In this document: positions 51,577 through 61,365 of the stretch, piece after piece
Layout: each line of letters begins with the position of its first letter
How positions within the stretch are numbered: the stretch's first letter is position 1
NCBI GenBank assembly: GCA_024635795.1
Contig: JAGXIH010000023.1
Location: 10,441 to 74,440, forward strand
Length of the DNA: 64,000 nucleotides
From: Salegentibacter sp.
GTDB taxonomy: Bacteria > Bacteroidota > Bacteroidia > Flavobacteriales > Flavobacteriaceae
Direction: 5' to 3'
Notes under the pieces: model-generated
What the model was told of the DNA's origin: nothing
Seen by the model: the letters and a program-made list of their open reading frames with translations, nothing else
Databases searched by the model: none
Made by a program: the position numbers and the translations under genes

Positions 51577-52160
51577 AGTTTCTTGAATTTGAAAAAGAGT
51601 TCATTTCCCTGGCGTGGTTTAATAGAATTATAGCACGGCTCCAGGATTTCAATTTTAAAGTACTCGCTAAAATACGTTAAATATTCATTTTTACTGCCAC
51701 CAAAAGGAGGGCCGTTTTCTGTCAATTTAAAATTGAAAAGTACTCCTGCAACCTTCCCATTATCCTTTAAGAGGTTGTGACATTGTCTGGCATAAGTAGA
51801 TCTTTTTTCTATAGGAAGTGCACAAAAGAATGTCTGTTCCAGGATGAGATCAAATTGATCTTCTATCTCAAAAAAATCGGTATGCAGAATTTGTTCTCCG
51901 GGAAAGCTGGGACAGCGTTTAGAAAAATTCTCAAGAGGTTCCTTAACATGATCGGCCACAAAAATATTCCTGAATCCTTTTTGAAAAAGGTATTCGGCTT
52001 CCCAGGAATTACCTGCGCCGGGAATAATAATTTTCAGTTCCTTGTTGGTAAGCTGATCGATATACGCCTTTAGCGGAGTAGATATTTGCCCAATGTCCCA
52101 GCCTGTTTTCCCTTCCTTATAGCGTTCTTTCCAGAAACCGGCATCCAGGTTATTTTTCAT
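51573..52160 (-). CDS. Thiopurine S-methyltransferase-family SAM methyltransferase
   Basis: FWKERY...GWDIG, IPGAG, EQTFFCAL and GPPFGG motifs. ATG 52160. Confidence 0.9.
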   Translation of the reverse strand: MKNNLDAGFWKERYKEGKTGWDIGQISTPLKAYIDQLTNKELKIIIPGAGNSWEAEYLFQKGFRNIFVADHVKEPLENFSKRCPSFPGEQILHTDFFEIEDQFDLILEQTFFCALPIEKRSTYARQCHNLLKDNGKVAGVLFNFKLTENGPPFGGSKNEYLTYFSEYFKIEILEPCYNSIKPRQGNELFFKFKKL

Positions 52161-52542
52161 CGGGAGTTGAGGGATCAGTGTTGTCAAACCATTCGTCTAT
52201 ATCGCGGCGATCTTTTTTTGTGGGGCGGCCAGTGCCTTTTTTGCGGTAGTAATCCTTGGAATACTTCAAAAGTTCCAGTTTTTCGAAGGCCTCTTTGGGG
52301 GTTACATCGTGAATATATAAATTCACCAGTTTAGCACCAACCCGGCTTTGCGGGATATCCAGAACCTCAATCTGATAATCGATCTGGTTTTTGCGCACGC
52401 TTATCTTATCGGTGGGGAAAACCTCCCTGGATGCCTTTACATTGCCGCCTTCCATTTTTACTTTTCCCTGCTTACAGGCATGCGTGGCAAGACTTCGTGT
52501 TTTAAAATATCTTACACACCATAAAAACTTATCAATCCTCAT
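52150..52542 (-). CDS. hslR: S4-domain ribosome-associated protein (Hsp15)
   Basis: MRIDKFLWCVRYFKTRSLA and GRPTKKDRR motifs. Confidence 0.92.
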   Translation of the reverse strand: MRIDKFLWCVRYFKTRSLATHACKQGKVKMEGGNVKASREVFPTDKISVRKNQIDYQIEVLDIPQSRVGAKLVNLYIHDVTPKEAFEKLELLKYSKDYYRKKGTGRPTKKDRRDIDEWFDNTDPSTPDEK

Positions 52543-52608
52543 AAAACTGCGGTTTAATCCTTAAGCAAAAATACAAGAATATTGTATCTTGCGGCCCAAA
52601 ATAGACGA

Positions 52609-53511
52609 ATGATGAAATTGAAATATTTATTTTTAACGGGTATTGTATTAAGTATGGCCCTGGTTTCCTGTAGTGATGATGATGAAGGAGTTGAAGAGGT
52701 TCCCGAGAGAGATAAGGGAGAGCAGGCCCTTGAGGATGATCAGGCATTAAGAGCATACCTGGAAACCCATTTTTATAATTATGAGGATTTTGAAAGCCCC
52801 GCTGGAGATTTTGATTATATAGTGCGCTTTGATACTATTTCTGGTGATAACGCCAATAAAACCCCAATTATAGAATCTGATAAGCTTATCCAAAAAACCT
52901 ATAGCAAGGATGATATAGATTATAATATTTATGTTCTTGAAGTAAGAGAAGGAGTAGGGGAGCAACCAACTTTTTCCGATTCGACCCTGGTAACTTACCG
53001 TGGCGAATTGCTTGATCGTTCTACTTTCGATAATACAAAAACTCCGGTTTGGTTTGATCAGATTTCATTGATTGATGGTTTCACCCAGGGAGTGATCGAA
53101 TTTAAGGGTGCATCGGGATATACTGTAAATGCAGATAATACCGTAAGTTTTACTAACGATTATGGTGTTGGTGCGGTGTTCATGCCTTCTGGGTTGGGAT
53201 ATTTCTCTAATTCACAAGCCAGGATTCCTGCTTACAGTCCGCTTATTTTTAGCTTTAATCTTCTGCAGGTGAATGAGGCTGACCACGACGGTGACGGCAT
53301 CCCCAGCTGGATGGAAGATCTTGATGGTGATGGAGACCTTAGAAATGACGATTCAGATGAAGATGAAACTCCCAATTTTGCCGATAGTGATGATGACGGG
53401 GATGGTACTCCAACCAGGGATGAAATTATAATTAACGAGGATGGAAGTATTGAATTTCCAGATACGAACAACAACGGAACTCCAGACTATCTGGATCCTG
53501 ATACCTTCTAG
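52609..53511 (+). CDS. FKBP-like lipoprotein with C-terminal DxDxDG calcium-binding repeats
   Basis: Lipobox LVSC followed by an acidic stretch, FKBP remnants (VTYRG, PSGLGY, IPAYSPLIF), and DHDGDG, DLDGDG, DDDGDG, DTNNNG repeats. Confidence 0.88.
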   Translation: MMKLKYLFLTGIVLSMALVSCSDDDEGVEEVPERDKGEQALEDDQALRAYLETHFYNYEDFESPAGDFDYIVRFDTISGDNANKTPIIESDKLIQKTYSKDDIDYNIYVLEVREGVGEQPTFSDSTLVTYRGELLDRSTFDNTKTPVWFDQISLIDGFTQGVIEFKGASGYTVNADNTVSFTNDYGVGAVFMPSGLGYFSNSQARIPAYSPLIFSFNLLQVNEADHDGDGIPSWMEDLDGDGDLRNDDSDEDETPNFADSDDDGDGTPTRDEIIINEDGSIEFPDTNNNGTPDYLDPDTF

Positions 53512-53528
53512 AAGAAATAAATTTTATT

Positions 53529-53554
53529 AAAAAAGCCCCGATTCGGGGCTTTTT
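53529..53554. terminator. Bidirectional terminator
   Basis: AAAAAGCCCCG-ATT-CGGGGCTTTTT. Confidence 0.8.
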
Positions 53555-53580
53555 TAATTTTGATATTTTCCTCTCTGATC

Positions 53581-54177
53581 TTAAAAAGAATAAGAGGCAC
53601 TTAATATCCATTGGGAAGGTCTGGAATCCAAAGAAAATCTCTCTGAAGCCGTCTCAACAAAAGCAGTATTTTCGCTAAAGGCATTTTCATAACGCAGGTC
53701 AAAGCCAAGGCGGCCAATATTTAACCCGGCACCTAATTGATAACCTATGGTGATATCATTTTCTACTTCCCCAATCTCTAAAGAAGTTTCTTCCAGTTCA
53801 TTGTTTAAAATATATTGGAATGAAGGACCTGCTTTAATATTTAGGGGCCCCAATACGTTTACTCCAACTAAAATCGGAGCATCTATTTTGTTTAGTTTAT
53901 AATCAAAAGATTCATATTCAGTGGTAAGACTTGTATACATTACTTCTGGCTGAAGAAAAAACCCTAAAATTCCAAATTTGCTGTAAGCTCCAATGTGATA
54001 ACCTGTTTTGTTCTCTCCTTCTTCAAAAGAAGAGCGAAAATCGTCGGCTCCTTCATTTACATTTTCGTAATCTCCGGAAGCCCCGTAGTTTAATCCTCCC
54101 TTAATTCCAAATTCGGCTTCCTGGGCCATTAAACTTGTTCCGGTTAGAAATACAGCAATAATTATTAGCTTTTTCAT
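53581..54177 (-). CDS. Small outer-membrane beta-barrel (porin family) protein
   Basis: Signal peptide, FGIKGGLNY, LQPEVMY, GFDLRYE and C-terminal YSF. Confidence 0.88.
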   Translation of the reverse strand: MKKLIIIAVFLTGTSLMAQEAEFGIKGGLNYGASGDYENVNEGADDFRSSFEEGENKTGYHIGAYSKFGILGFFLQPEVMYTSLTTEYESFDYKLNKIDAPILVGVNVLGPLNIKAGPSFQYILNNELEETSLEIGEVENDITIGYQLGAGLNIGRLGFDLRYENAFSENTAFVETASERFSLDSRPSQWILSASYSF

Positions 54178-54210
54178 ACTATTTCAATTTAAAGTTAGGA
54201 TTTCAATAAC

Positions 54211-54225
54211 GCATAAACGATGCCG
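54211..54225 (-). promoter_or_regulatory. Putative sigma-54 (-24/-12) promoter
   Basis: Minus strand reads CGGCATCGTTTATGC, i.e. GG-N10-GC. Confidence 0.45.
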
Positions 54226-54241
54226 TTTATTCTGAAGATAT

Positions 54242-54278
54242 AAAAAAAGCCTTTCAGAGATACTGCTGAAAGGCCTTT
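54242..54278 (-). terminator. Terminator of the transketolase operon
   Basis: A-run followed by the GCCTTTCAG...CTGAAAGGC stem. Confidence 0.75.
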
Positions 54279-54299
54279 AAAATACTGAATTACAAAAGT

Positions 54300-55253
54300 T
54301 TATTTTCTGCTTAAAACTTTTTCTGTTGCCTTAATAATAGCTTCAGCATTAAGGCCATATTTATCCATTAATTGTTCCGGTGTACCGCTTTCCCCAAAAG
54401 TATCCTGGGTAGCCACAAATTCTTGCGGTGCAGGATTATTTTCGGCTAAAGTGCGCGCCACACTTTCTCCAAGTCCACCAAGGAAGTTATGCTCTTCTGC
54501 AGTTACCACACATCCGGTTTTCTTAACCGACTTAATGATCGCCTCTTCATCCAGGGGTTTAATGGTGTGGATATTTATCACTTCTGCACTTATTCCTTTT
54601 TCTGAAAGTTTTTCTGCAGCCTGAAGCGCTTCCCAAACCAAATGGCCGGTAGCGATGATGGTAACATCGTTACCTCCGTATAATTTTACTGCTTTTCCTA
54701 TTTCGAACTTTTGATCTTCAGGAGTGAAATTAGCCACTTTTGGCCTACCAAATCTAAGATAAACCGGCCCGTCATGTTCAGCAATAGCAATGGTAGCCGC
54801 TTTGGTTTGGTTGTAATCACAAGTGTTGATCACCGTCATTCCGGGTAACATTTTCATTAACCCGATATCCTCCAGGATTTGGTGAGTGGCACCGTCTTCC
54901 CCAAGCGTTACCCCTGAGTGACTCGCGCAGATCTTCACATTTTTTCCTGAATAGGCAACACTCTGTCTTATCTGATCGTAAACTCTTCCGGTAGCAAAAT
55001 TAGCGAAGGTCCCGGCAAAAGGTATTTTTCCTCCGATTGTTAATCCGGCAGCAATGCCAATCATGTTAGCTTCAGCGATTCCCACCTGGAAAAAACGTTC
55101 TGGATTTTCGTCTATGAAATCCTGCATTTTAAGTGAGCCTACAAGATCGGCACAAAGGGCTACAACGTTTGGATTTTTTCTTCCCAATTCAGTAAGTCCA
55201 TCCCCAAAACCTGAACGGGTATCTTTTTTTCCTGTATCTGTATATTTTTTCAT
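54300..55253 (-). CDS. Transketolase, C-terminal subunit
   Basis: [15 protein letters not shown] and GPVYLRFGR motifs. Confidence 0.95.
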   Translation of the reverse strand: MKKYTDTGKKDTRSGFGDGLTELGRKNPNVVALCADLVGSLKMQDFIDENPERFFQVGIAEANMIGIAAGLTIGGKIPFAGTFANFATGRVYDQIRQSVAYSGKNVKICASHSGVTLGEDGATHQILEDIGLMKMLPGMTVINTCDYNQTKAATIAIAEHDGPVYLRFGRPKVANFTPEDQKFEIGKAVKLYGGNDVTIIATGHLVWEALQAAEKLSEKGISAEVINIHTIKPLDEEAIIKSVKKTGCVVTAEEHNFLGGLGESVARTLAENNPAPQEFVATQDTFGESGTPEQLMDKYGLNAEAIIKATEKVLSRK

Positions 55254-55267
55254 TCTTGCATTTTATT

Positions 55268-55337
55268 GTCATTTCCACGTAGGCGGAAATCTATTTTATT
55301 TTCCTCTATTCCTCCTCTTAAGGGAGGTTAGGAGGGG
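55268..55337. repeat. Two REP-like palindromes in the transketolase spacer
   Basis: GTCATTTCCACGTAGGCGGAAATCT (55268-55292) and ATTCCTCCTCTTAAGGGAGGTTAGGAGGGG (55308-55337). Confidence 0.55.
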
Positions 55338-55341
55338 CGTT

Positions 55342-56187
55342 TTAATAATCTCCTAAAGTTTCAGGGTTTTGTGAAAGCGCTTTTTCAAGCTGTTCATCAT
55401 TTGGAGCTTTTCCGTGCCATGCGTGAGTATGCATCATAAAATCTACCCCGTTACCCATAACAGTGGTCATTAAAATGCAAACCGGTTTCCCTTTTCCGGT
55501 ATGTGTCTTAGCTTCTTTCAGACCTTTCAGTACTTGTTCCATATCGTTACCATCTTCTATTTCAAGAACATCCCAGCCAAAAGCTTCAAACTTCTTTTTG
55601 AGATTACCCATTGGTAGCACGGTATCGGTGCTTCCGTCAATTTGCTGTCCATTAAGATCAACCGTGGAAATAAGATTATCAATCTTTTTGGCAGCGGCAT
55701 ACATAATAGCTTCCCAGTTTTGGCCTTCCTGAAGTTCTCCATCCCCGTGAAGTGAAAATACCAGGTGGTTATCTTTGTTAAGCTTTTTGGCTTCCGCAGC
55801 ACCAATCGCTACAGACATTCCCTGACCGAGAGAGCCTGAAGCCACGCGTATTCCGGGTAGACCTTCATGAGTGGTTGGGTGACCCTGCAAGCGGGAGTTG
55901 ATAAGTCTGAAAGTGTTGAGTTCATCTACCGGGAAATAACCGGTGCGGGCAAGTACACTGTAAAATACCGGGGAGATATGGCCGTTGGAAAGGAAGAAAA
56001 GATCTTCGTTCTTACCATCCATATCAAAATTGGTATTGTGGTGCATTACCTCTTTGTAAAGCGCTGTGAAAAATTCGGTACAGCCTAAAGAACCTCCGGG
56101 ATGTCCCGAATTTACCTTGTGTACCTGTCTTAAAATATCTCTGCGCACTTGCGTGGCAAAGTCTTTTAATTCCTGAATGTCTGACAT
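55342..56187 (-). CDS. Transketolase, N-terminal subunit
   Basis: SGHPGGSLG, LSNGH, GSLGQG and GDGELQEG motifs. ATG 56187. Confidence 0.95.
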   Translation of the reverse strand: MSDIQELKDFATQVRRDILRQVHKVNSGHPGGSLGCTEFFTALYKEVMHHNTNFDMDGKNEDLFFLSNGHISPVFYSVLARTGYFPVDELNTFRLINSRLQGHPTTHEGLPGIRVASGSLGQGMSVAIGAAEAKKLNKDNHLVFSLHGDGELQEGQNWEAIMYAAAKKIDNLISTVDLNGQQIDGSTDTVLPMGNLKKKFEAFGWDVLEIEDGNDMEQVLKGLKEAKTHTGKGKPVCILMTTVMGNGVDFMMHTHAWHGKAPNDEQLEKALSQNPETLGDY

Positions 56188-56361
56188 TATAGTTTTGTGT
56201 TGTTTAAATAATGGCCACAAAAATAGGCTTTTAAATAGCTTTGACAAAGCCCCGAAAGCCCAGTTATTAACTTTGAGACTCAAGTAACTAACAATTTAGC
56301 TTTTACAGCGGCTTCAATTTGATTTTTAGTTGAGTATCTTTGCAGCGATTTAAATAAGACT

Positions 56362-57492
56362 ATGAAATTTGATTTATTGGCTACCGATGCCGGTAGTAAA
56401 GCCCGTGCAGGAACCATCACCACCGATCACGGCAAAATTGAAACCCCTATTTTTATGCCGGTTGGGACGGTGGCTTCAGTAAAAGGAGTGCACCAGAGAG
56501 AACTAAAGGAGGATATTAATCCCGATATAATTCTAGGAAATACCTATCACCTTTACTTAAGACCTCAAACCGAAATTTTAAAAAAAGCCGGCGGTCTTCA
56601 TAAATTTATGAACTGGGATCGCAATATCTTAACCGACAGTGGTGGTTACCAGGTGTATTCTTTATCTGCAAGAAGAAAGATAAAGGAGGAAGGCGTAAAA
56701 TTTAAATCTCATATAGATGGGTCTTCCCATACTTTTACTCCTGAAAATGTAATGGAAATTCAGCGTGCAATTGGTGCCGATATTATTATGGCATTTGATG
56801 AGTGTACGCCTTATCCCTGTGATTACCGTTATGCTAAACGCTCTATGCATATGACGCATCGGTGGTTGGATAGATGTGTGAGTCACCTGGATAAAGTAGA
56901 ACCTATGTATGGATTTAATCAAACCTTATTTCCAATCGTTCAGGGTAGTACATATAAGGATCTTAGAGAACAATCTGCGGAATATATCGCTTCAGTAGGA
57001 GCAGAAGGTAATGCTATTGGAGGCTTATCAGTAGGAGAACCTGCAGAAGAAATGTATGCGATGACGGAGATTGTGACCAAAATCCTTCCGGAGGATAAAC
57101 CCCGCTATCTAATGGGTGTGGGAACTCCTATAAATATCCTTGAAAATATAGCGTTGGGAATAGATATGTTCGATTGTGTGATGCCCACACGAAATGCGAG
57201 AAATGGGATGCTCTTTACAGCTCACGGCACCATAAACATAAAGAATAAAAAGTGGGGAGACGATTTTTCTCCTATAGATGATATGGAAATTACCTGGGTG
57301 GATACAGAATATTCTAAAGCCTACCTGAGACACCTGTTTACAGTCAACGAAATGCTTGGCAAGCAAATTGCAACTATCCATAACCTCGGTTTCTATCTCT
57401 GGTTGGTGAGAGAGGCCAGAAAGCATATCTTAGCAGGGGATTTCACGCCCTGGAAGGATAAAATGGTAAAACAAATGGATAAACGTTTATAA
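56362..57492 (+). CDS. tgt: tRNA-guanine transglycosylase
   Basis: TPIFMPVGT, LTDSGGYQ, DMFDCVMPTR and HNL motifs. Promoter TATCTTTG at 56335-56342. Confidence 0.97.
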   Translation: MKFDLLATDAGSKARAGTITTDHGKIETPIFMPVGTVASVKGVHQRELKEDINPDIILGNTYHLYLRPQTEILKKAGGLHKFMNWDRNILTDSGGYQVYSLSARRKIKEEGVKFKSHIDGSSHTFTPENVMEIQRAIGADIIMAFDECTPYPCDYRYAKRSMHMTHRWLDRCVSHLDKVEPMYGFNQTLFPIVQGSTYKDLREQSAEYIASVGAEGNAIGGLSVGEPAEEMYAMTEIVTKILPEDKPRYLMGVGTPINILENIALGIDMFDCVMPTRNARNGMLFTAHGTINIKNKKWGDDFSPIDDMEITWVDTEYSKAYLRHLFTVNEMLGKQIATIHNLGFYLWLVREARKHILAGDFTPWKDKMVKQMDKRL

Positions 57493-57493
57493 A

Positions 57494-58570
57494 TTGAAGA
57501 TCCTTGACTGGTACATACTGAAGCGATATCTGGGAACTTTTTTCCTGATGTTGTTGTTATTTATACCTATTGGAATAACGGTAAACCTGGCGGAGAAGAT
57601 CGATAAGATTCTTGAAAATGAGGTGCCGTTTATTGAAGTTGCCTTTTATTACCTTGATTTTACAATTTATTTTGCCAATCTGCTCTTTCCATTATTCCTC
57701 TTTTTATCGGTTATCTGGTTTACTTCCAAGCTGGCCAATAATACTGAAATTATCGCCTTTTTAAGTAGTGGAGTTTCTTTTTACAGGTTTTTGAGACCGT
57801 ATTTAATTGGAGCTACGATTGTTTGTGGTTTTGCTCTCGTGCTAAGTATGTATTTAGCACCAAAAGCCAGTAAGGGTTTTAATGAGTTTAAATACGAATA
57901 TCTTAAAAAAGGTGCCCAAACCCAGGAGACCAATGATGTATACCGGCAAATTAATGATGATGAATACATCTATGCCAGTCACTTTCAGCCGAGAACAAAA
58001 ACGGCCAGGAATTTTACTCTGGAACATTTTGACGGAAATGAACTTAAATTTAAAATAAGCGCTTCACGCCTTAAATACAATGAGGAGGATTCCACCTATA
58101 CCTTAAGCGTATTCGATAAACGGATCATTGGAGAAAATGAAGATGAGATTATTCATAAAACGTCAGTAGACACTATTCTTCCTTTTGATTTTGATGAGCT
58201 CACCCCCGAAAACTATATCGCCGAGACCCTTAACTATACAGAACTTAATGAATTTATAGAAAAGGAACGCCGTCGCGGTTCGGGGAATATTAATCGTTAC
58301 CTGGTGGTAGCCTATAAAAGATGGAGTATTCCGGTTTCAGCATTTATTTTAACAATTATTGCTGTGGCAGTTTCTTCTATAAAAAGAAGGGGTGGAATGG
58401 GGGTAAACCTTGCTTTGGGAATCACTTTGGCCTTCGTATTTATTTTCTTCGATAAAGTATTTGGGACAATGGCCGAGCAGTCTACTTTTCCACCTCTTGT
58501 TGCCGTATGGTTTCCTAACATAAGTTTCGGGATATTAGCTATTTATCTCTTGTTTAAAGCTAAGCGATAG
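57494..58570 (+). CDS. LptF/LptG family LPS export permease
   Basis: KILDWYILKRYL and SKLANNTEIIAFLSSGVS, with 3+3 TM segments. TTG start. Confidence 0.92.
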   Translation: MKILDWYILKRYLGTFFLMLLLFIPIGITVNLAEKIDKILENEVPFIEVAFYYLDFTIYFANLLFPLFLFLSVIWFTSKLANNTEIIAFLSSGVSFYRFLRPYLIGATIVCGFALVLSMYLAPKASKGFNEFKYEYLKKGAQTQETNDVYRQINDDEYIYASHFQPRTKTARNFTLEHFDGNELKFKISASRLKYNEEDSTYTLSVFDKRIIGENEDEIIHKTSVDTILPFDFDELTPENYIAETLNYTELNEFIEKERRRGSGNINRYLVVAYKRWSIPVSAFILTIIAVAVSSIKRRGGMGVNLALGITLAFVFIFFDKVFGTMAEQSTFPPLVAVWFPNISFGILAIYLLFKAKR

Positions 58571-58670
58571 TCAGGTAAAATTCATTGATAAAATATTGAT
58601 GAATCATAGGAAATCTTCCTTTTAAAGTTTGTTATATTTGTAAGCTAATAAAAAACACCCATAACTACTT

Positions 58671-59624
58671 ATGGAATATTTAGATTTTGAATTACCCATT
58701 AAAGAGTTAGAAGAACAGTACGAGAAGGCTTGCAATATAGGCTCAGAAAGTGAAGTTGATGTTACTGCCACCTGCAAACAGCTCGAGAAAAAACTTAAAG
58801 AGAAAAAAAAGGAGATCTATAAGAATCTTACTGCCTGGCAAAGGGTGCAACTTTCAAGACACCCCAACAGACCATATACCCTGGATTATATAAATGCTAT
58901 TTGTGGAGATACTTTCCTGGAACTTCATGGCGACAGGAATGTAAAAGATGATAAGGCGATGATTGGTGGTCTTGGAAAGATCGATGATCAAAGTTTTATG
59001 TTTATCGGCCAGCAAAAAGGCTATAACACAAAGACCAGGCAATACCGTAATTTCGGGATGGCCAATCCTGAAGGTTATCGTAAAGCGCTTAGGCTCATGA
59101 AGTCTGCCGAGAAATTCGGCGTACCGGTAGTGACCTTTGTAGATACTCCCGGAGCCTATCCCGGAATGGAAGCAGAAGAACGCGGCCAGGGGGAAGCCAT
59201 TGCCAGAAATATTTTTGAAATGACCCGCCTTAAAGTTCCTGTCTTTGTGGTTATTATTGGAGAAGGAGCCAGTGGTGGAGCACTCGGAATTGGAGTGGGA
59301 GATAAAGTTTTAATGTTGGAAAATACCTGGTATTCGGTTATTTCTCCTGAATCCTGTTCTTCAATTTTATGGAGGAGCTGGGAGTTTAAGGAGCAGGCTG
59401 CAGATGCCCTGAAGCTTACCGCGGTCGATATGAAAAAACAAAAGCTTATTGATGAGATCGTAAAGGAACCTCTTGGGGGCGCACATAGGCAAAGAGAGGA
59501 AACTTTTGAAACAGTAAAAAAAGCGATTGTTTCCTCTCTTGAGGAGTTTAAAAACTTATCACCAACCGAACTTGTTGAAAAAAGAATGGAAAAATATTTA
59601 GATATGGGAGTTTTTAAAGGCTGA
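58671..59624 (+). CDS. accA: Acetyl-CoA carboxylase carboxyltransferase alpha
   Basis: [21 protein letters not shown] and GEGASGGA motifs. Confidence 0.97.
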   Translation: MEYLDFELPIKELEEQYEKACNIGSESEVDVTATCKQLEKKLKEKKKEIYKNLTAWQRVQLSRHPNRPYTLDYINAICGDTFLELHGDRNVKDDKAMIGGLGKIDDQSFMFIGQQKGYNTKTRQYRNFGMANPEGYRKALRLMKSAEKFGVPVVTFVDTPGAYPGMEAEERGQGEAIARNIFEMTRLKVPVFVVIIGEGASGGALGIGVGDKVLMLENTWYSVISPESCSSILWRSWEFKEQAADALKLTAVDMKKQKLIDEIVKEPLGGAHRQREETFETVKKAIVSSLEEFKNLSPTELVEKRMEKYLDMGVFKG

Positions 59625-59647
59625 GTCCTTAAATAACATAACCTGAT

Positions 59648-59680
59648 AAAAATCCGAAACATCTTGTTTCGGATTTTTTT
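59648..59680 (+). terminator. accA terminator
   Basis: AAAAATCCGAAACA-TCT-TGTTTCGGATTTTTTT. Confidence 0.8.
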
Positions 59681-59684
59681 GCCC

Positions 59685-59740
59685 TTATTAACAGGAATAC
59701 TTAGTTATCAACATACCAAATGTTGATTACCTGTTGATTA
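59685..59740. promoter_or_regulatory. Cluster of four DnaA-box-like 9-mers
   Basis: TTATTAACA, TTATCAACA, TGTTGATTA and TGTTGATTA upstream of dnaB. Confidence 0.5.
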
Positions 59741-59792
59741 ACTCAAGCTGGTTTCATTAAGACCGTCTTAACATTTTATTTACTTTAGTGCT

Positions 59793-61358
59793 ATGGAAAA
59801 AATGACTGCCCCCCAAAGTTTTAAATATCAGAAATCCAATGTAATAAACCTTGAAAAAGGAAAGCTCCCCCCGCAAGCTGTTGATTTAGAAGAGGTTGTG
59901 TTGGGTGCTATGATGATCGATAAGAAGGGGGTAGACGAAATAATAGATATCCTCAACGCCGATGCGTTCTATAAAAACTCGCATAAACTAATCTTTGAGG
60001 CGATACATAAACTCTTTGAAAATACTGAGGCGATCGACTTATTAACGGTTTCCAATCAATTGAAGAAAGATGGAAATTTTGATAAGGTAGGTGGCGATTA
60101 TTATCTAATTCAGCTAACGCAGAAGGTATCCTCTTCAGCACACATCGAGTTTCACGCACGTATTATTCTTCAGAAATATATTCAGCGAAGCCTTATAAAA
60201 ATTTCCAACGAAATTATTGAGGAGGCTTATGACGAAGGAACCGATGTTTTTGACCTTTTGGATAGTGCCGAGGCCAAACTATATGAGGTAACCCAGGGGA
60301 ATATTCAGAAATCTACCGAGACAGCTCAGAGTCTGGTTATCCAGGCTAAGACCAGGATCCAGGAAATATCCAATAAGGAAGGTCTTAGTGGTGTGCCGTC
60401 AGGATTTGAAAAGCTCGATCGGCTAACTTCAGGATGGCAACCCAGTGACCTTATTATCGTTGCTGCCCGTCCCGGTATGGGGAAAACGGCGTTAACCTTG
60501 TCTATGGCCCGTAATATTTCGGTTGGAAAAAATATTCCTGTCGCATTTTTCTCCCTGGAGATGTCTTCAGTTCAGCTTATTACAAGACTTATTTCGTCTG
60601 AAACCGGTCTTTCTTCAGAAAAATTAAGAACAGGAAATCTTGAAAAACATGAGTGGGAACAGTTAAACGTAAAGGTAAAAGACCTTGAAAAAGCCCCGCT
60701 GTTTATAGACGATACCCCATCCCTTTCCATTTTTGATCTTAGGGCAAAGGCAAGGAGGCTTGCTTCTCAACACGGCATTAAATTGATAGTTGTTGATTAC
60801 CTGCAGTTAATGACCGCCGGAGGATCACAAAAAGGTGGAGGCAACAGGGAGCAGGAAATTTCAACGATTTCACGTAACCTCAAAGCGCTGGCTAAAGAAT
60901 TGAATGTACCGGTTATTGCGCTATCCCAGCTCTCCAGAGCAGTGGAAACACGTGGAGGTAGTAAAAGACCTTTACTTTCAGATTTGAGGGAATCTGGAGC
61001 AATTGAACAGGATGCCGATATTGTTTCCTTTATTTACCGTCCTGAATACTATAAAATTGATGAATGGGATGACGAAGAGCGCACTCCTACCGATGGGCAG
61101 GGAGAATTTATCGTGGCCAAACACAGAAACGGTGGCCTGGAAAATATCAGACTGAAATTTATTGGGCATCTTGGTAAATTTGATAACTTAGATGAATTCG
61201 ATTCGCCATTTGAATTTCATTCCAAGATGAATAGTGGAGGTGATGAATCGCAGGAGATAGGCAGTGCTAACCTGCCAAGCCCTAGTGCCGATGAAGCTTT
61301 TGGAAGCTCGATGAATGATGATTTTAATAATGAAGACGATAGCGAAGTACCATTCTAA
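59793..61358 (+). CDS. dnaB: Replicative DNA helicase
   Basis: AARPGMGKT, FFSLEM, VDYLQL and DLRESGAIEQDAD motifs. No intein visible. Confidence 0.97.
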   Translation: MEKMTAPQSFKYQKSNVINLEKGKLPPQAVDLEEVVLGAMMIDKKGVDEIIDILNADAFYKNSHKLIFEAIHKLFENTEAIDLLTVSNQLKKDGNFDKVGGDYYLIQLTQKVSSSAHIEFHARIILQKYIQRSLIKISNEIIEEAYDEGTDVFDLLDSAEAKLYEVTQGNIQKSTETAQSLVIQAKTRIQEISNKEGLSGVPSGFEKLDRLTSGWQPSDLIIVAARPGMGKTALTLSMARNISVGKNIPVAFFSLEMSSVQLITRLISSETGLSSEKLRTGNLEKHEWEQLNVKVKDLEKAPLFIDDTPSLSIFDLRAKARRLASQHGIKLIVVDYLQLMTAGGSQKGGGNREQEISTISRNLKALAKELNVPVIALSQLSRAVETRGGSKRPLLSDLRESGAIEQDADIVSFIYRPEYYKIDEWDDEERTPTDGQGEFIVAKHRNGGLENIRLKFIGHLGKFDNLDEFDSPFEFHSKMNSGGDESQEIGSANLPSPSADEAFGSSMNDDFNNEDDSEVPF

Positions 61359-61365
61359 AAAATAT

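Noticed and set aside
53281-53500. GAT/GAC-rich repetitive DNA
   Set aside because: It is explained by Asp-rich DxDxDG protein repeats and is not a DNA repeat element.
54300-56187. Split transketolase as a pseudogene or frameshift
   Set aside because: Both halves are intact with proper starts and stops. Two-subunit transketolases are a normal form.
61315-61365. N-terminal extension overlapping dnaB
   Set aside because: It overlaps the dnaB 3' end out of frame, and ATG 61366 is more plausible. Similar over-extensions were trimmed for pyrD, guaB, ompH, surA, ALDH, transketolase and rplT.
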